Part shown: positions 61,609 through 64,000 of the stretch, one piece after another
Numbering within the stretch: the first letter of the stretch is position 1
How the letters are laid out: each line of letters begins with the position of its first letter
Assembly: GCA_001314905.1 (NCBI GenBank)
Contig: LJZT01000001.1
Coordinates: 37,074-101,073, forward strand
Length of the DNA: 64,000 bases
Direction: 5' to 3'
Source of the DNA: Phormidium sp. OSCR
GTDB taxonomy: Bacteria > Cyanobacteriota > Cyanobacteriia > Cyanobacteriales > Geitlerinemataceae
Position numbers and translations under genes: made by a program
Notes under the pieces: generated by a model
The model's input: only the letters and a program-made list of their open reading frames with translations
What the model was told of the DNA's origin: nothing
Databases searched by the model: none

Positions 61609-61818
61609 GAAGAAGGGAACAGGGGGAAGAAGGGAACAGGGGGAAGAAGGGAACAGGGAACTTCGGAACAGGGAACAGGGGGAAGAAGGGAACAGGGAAC
61701 AGGGAACAGGGAACAGGGAACAGGGGGAAGAAGGGAACAGGGAACAGGGAACAGGGAACAGGGAACAGGGAGAACCCACCCCTGGCCCCTCCCACCGAGG
61801 GGATGGCAAGAGGGAACG
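61609..61818. repeat. About 210-bp purine-rich composite repeat (GGGAACA and GGGGGAAGAA units) ending in an ACCCACCCC...CCCCTCCC...GAGGGGA core
   Basis: Direct reading, between rbp and dnaG. Confidence 0.93.
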
Positions 61819-61865
61819 AGACTCAAACATAATTAAAAATTAACACCAGATAAGTAAAATCAACT

Positions 61866-63926
61866 ATGTTTCACCCTGACATGATTGACGACGTAAAACA
61901 ACGGATGGACATTTATGATGTCGTCTCCGAACAAGTCGTCTTAAAAAAACAGGGGAAAGACTTTGCCGGACTTTGTCCCTTTCATGAGGAGAAAACCCCG
62001 AGTTTTACCGTTAGTCCCAGTAAACAGATGTTTTACTGCTTCGGCTGTGGGAAAGGGGGCAATGCTATCACCTTTCTCATGGAAATCGGACAAGCCTCCT
62101 TTAGTGACGTTGTTCTCGATCTCGCCCAACGCTATAACGTTCCCATTCGCACCCTCGATCGCGACAAACAAGACGACGTTCAACGAACCCTATCGCGGCG
62201 AGAGCAACTCTACGAAATTCTCGCCTTAGCTGCCCGGTTCTTCCAACACGCCCTACATCAACCCCAGGGCGAAACTGCCCTCAACTACTTAACACAAACA
62301 CGGGGATTTAGTGACGAAACCCTGCAATCGTTTCAACTGGGGTATGCCCCCGAAGGCTGGGAAACCCTCTATGGCTATCTCATCAGCCAAAAAGACTATC
62401 CCGTCGAACTCGTCGAAGCCGCTGGTTTAATCATTCGCCGCAACAAAGGAAGTGGCCATTACGATCGCTTCCGCAACCGTATCATGATTCCCATCAACGA
62501 CAGTCGTGGCCGTGTCATTGGCTTCGGAGGGCGCAGTCTCGCAGACGAACAGCCCAAATATCTCAACTCCCCCGAAACCGAACTGTTTGACAAAGGCCAT
62601 ACCCTGTTCGCCCTTGACAAAGCCCGTCAAACCATCGCCAAAGTCGATCGCGCCGTCGTGGTTGAAGGCTATTTCGACGCCATCGCCCTCCACGCCGCCG
62701 GAATCTCAGAAGCCGTCGCCTCCCTAGGAACCGCCCTCAGTGAAGCCCAAGTTAAACAACTGCTACGCTATAGCGAATCGAAACAGATTCTCTTTAACTT
62801 CGATGCCGATGCAGCCGGAACCCGGGCCGCTGAACGGGCTATTGGAGAAGTGGCTAATCTTGCCTATCGGGGGATGGTACAACTGCGGATTTTGCAAGTT
62901 CCGGGGGGCAAAGATGCCGATGAATTTCTCAAAGAGTCGTCTCCCGAAGACTATTTAGATCTCATTCAACAGGCCCCTCTCTGGATTGATTGGCAAATTG
63001 AACAAATTATCGGCGATCGCAATCTAGCCCAAGCCGACATCTACCAGCAAGTGGTTCGCCAACTCATCGACTTACTCAGCCAACTGCACAACTCCACCAC
63101 TCGCAGCCACTATATCCACCATTGCGCCCAAAAACTCTGTCAAGGGGATTCTCGACGAGTTCCCCTATTAGAAGAAAACCTCATTGCCCGCTTACGGCGT
63201 TCAAGGGCGCGAAACAAACGCCGTCAAACCCCGAAAGTTCAGCCTCACTCCGATTCACCCTCTCCCTCAAACGCCGTTAAGACTGATATCGAAACCGATG
63301 TCGAAACCGATGTCGAAATGGTGGGCGAGGCGATTGATGATGAGGATGACGATGCTGACTTACAGCTTCCCATCGATAGCGATCGCGCCCTCCTCGAACA
63401 AGCCGAAGCCCTGCTGCTACAAGCCTATCTCCATTATCCCGACGAGCGATCGCACATCGTGACGGCCATCAGTGAACTCGAAGCCCGAGACATCTATTTC
63501 AGCCTCTCCCACCATCGCTGGTTATGGCAAAGTTTAGAGGCGATCGCCCCAGGCCCCCACGACGATGCTGCGGTATTATTCCAGAAGCTACAACAAGCCT
63601 ACCCCGACGAGAGTGCCATGTTGCAACAAGTCAACCGTCTCTTTCAGCCGAGCGAACTCGCAGAATTGGCCATGCAACGAACCGCCCTAGCCATCCGATC
63701 TGCCACAGCGGCGATCGAGCGGACTATCTGCCATAAACGCTATCGTCGTATCCTGGAATTATGGCAAAACACCGATTCGAGGGAGAATCCCCAACAAGCC
63801 CGTCACTACCAAGACCAACTCTATGCCGAAAAGCAGCATATCGATAATCTCGATCGCACCCGCCAAACGAACCTCACCGAACTGGTAAGTCTAAGCTGGA
63901 ATCCCCCCCTCCTCGATGGCCAGTAG
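61866..63926 (+). CDS. dnaG: DNA primase
   Basis: CPFHEEKTPSF...CFGC Zn domain, PKYLNSPET, TOPRIM VVEGYFD, FDADAAG. Confidence 0.97.
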   Translation: MFHPDMIDDVKQRMDIYDVVSEQVVLKKQGKDFAGLCPFHEEKTPSFTVSPSKQMFYCFGCGKGGNAITFLMEIGQASFSDVVLDLAQRYNVPIRTLDRDKQDDVQRTLSRREQLYEILALAARFFQHALHQPQGETALNYLTQTRGFSDETLQSFQLGYAPEGWETLYGYLISQKDYPVELVEAAGLIIRRNKGSGHYDRFRNRIMIPINDSRGRVIGFGGRSLADEQPKYLNSPETELFDKGHTLFALDKARQTIAKVDRAVVVEGYFDAIALHAAGISEAVASLGTALSEAQVKQLLRYSESKQILFNFDADAAGTRAAERAIGEVANLAYRGMVQLRILQVPGGKDADEFLKESSPEDYLDLIQQAPLWIDWQIEQIIGDRNLAQADIYQQVVRQLIDLLSQLHNSTTRSHYIHHCAQKLCQGDSRRVPLLEENLIARLRRSRARNKRRQTPKVQPHSDSPSPSNAVKTDIETDVETDVEMVGEAIDDEDDDADLQLPIDSDRALLEQAEALLLQAYLHYPDERSHIVTAISELEARDIYFSLSHHRWLWQSLEAIAPGPHDDAAVLFQKLQQAYPDESAMLQQVNRLFQPSELAELAMQRTALAIRSATAAIERTICHKRYRRILELWQNTDSRENPQQARHYQDQLYAEKQHIDNLDRTRQTNLTELVSLSWNPPLLDGQ

Positions 63927-64000
63927 TTGCCCAAACAAGGCGACCACGGTTCGGCTATCGCTCACCGACCGCAAGGGTACGCCCCTACGTCTTTCCCCTC

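Noticed and set aside
61554-61843. Several overlapping SLFPVPC/REQGTGN ORFs
   Set aside because: Products of the GGGAACA repeat in multiple frames
63190-63370. Basic then acidic insertion in DnaG as an intein or mobile insert
   Set aside because: No intein terminal residues or endonuclease motifs; looks like a variable linker

Overview
64 kb of a cyanobacterial chromosome, probably a filamentous Oscillatoriales-type organism. The lineage is inferred from the abundant HIP1 octamer GCGATCGC, cpcG/cpcS, a cph1-rcp1 pair, xisHI and heptamer tandem repeats. Most of the window is core genome: tig-clpP-clpX, asd-dapA-rnj, rplS-trnW-secE-nusG-rplKAJL with an L10 leader, coaBC, argG, recQ, dnaG and rluD. 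Accessory content includes the 3' end of an IS200/IS605 element with catalytically intact tnpB, XisH/XisI, PhoX, sugar transporters and many intergenic repeats. No CRISPR array or rRNA was seen. The most interesting candidates are: (1) a Cph1-type phytochrome whose conserved DIP motif is remodelled to D-T-R-P-C, adding a Cys, upstream of Rcp1 and a REC-PAS-GGDEF-EAL gene; (2) an RND pump and an adaptor 38 kb apart in the geometry one IS-adjacent inversion would produce; (3) a four-hairpin REPIN-like element with a fixed GGC-TCT/AGA-GCC core but unrelated stems; (4) two apparent pseudo-enzymes, a ProA lacking the catalytic Cys and a PilB lacking the ATPase domain. All assignments come from motif recognition by eye; no database searches were run.
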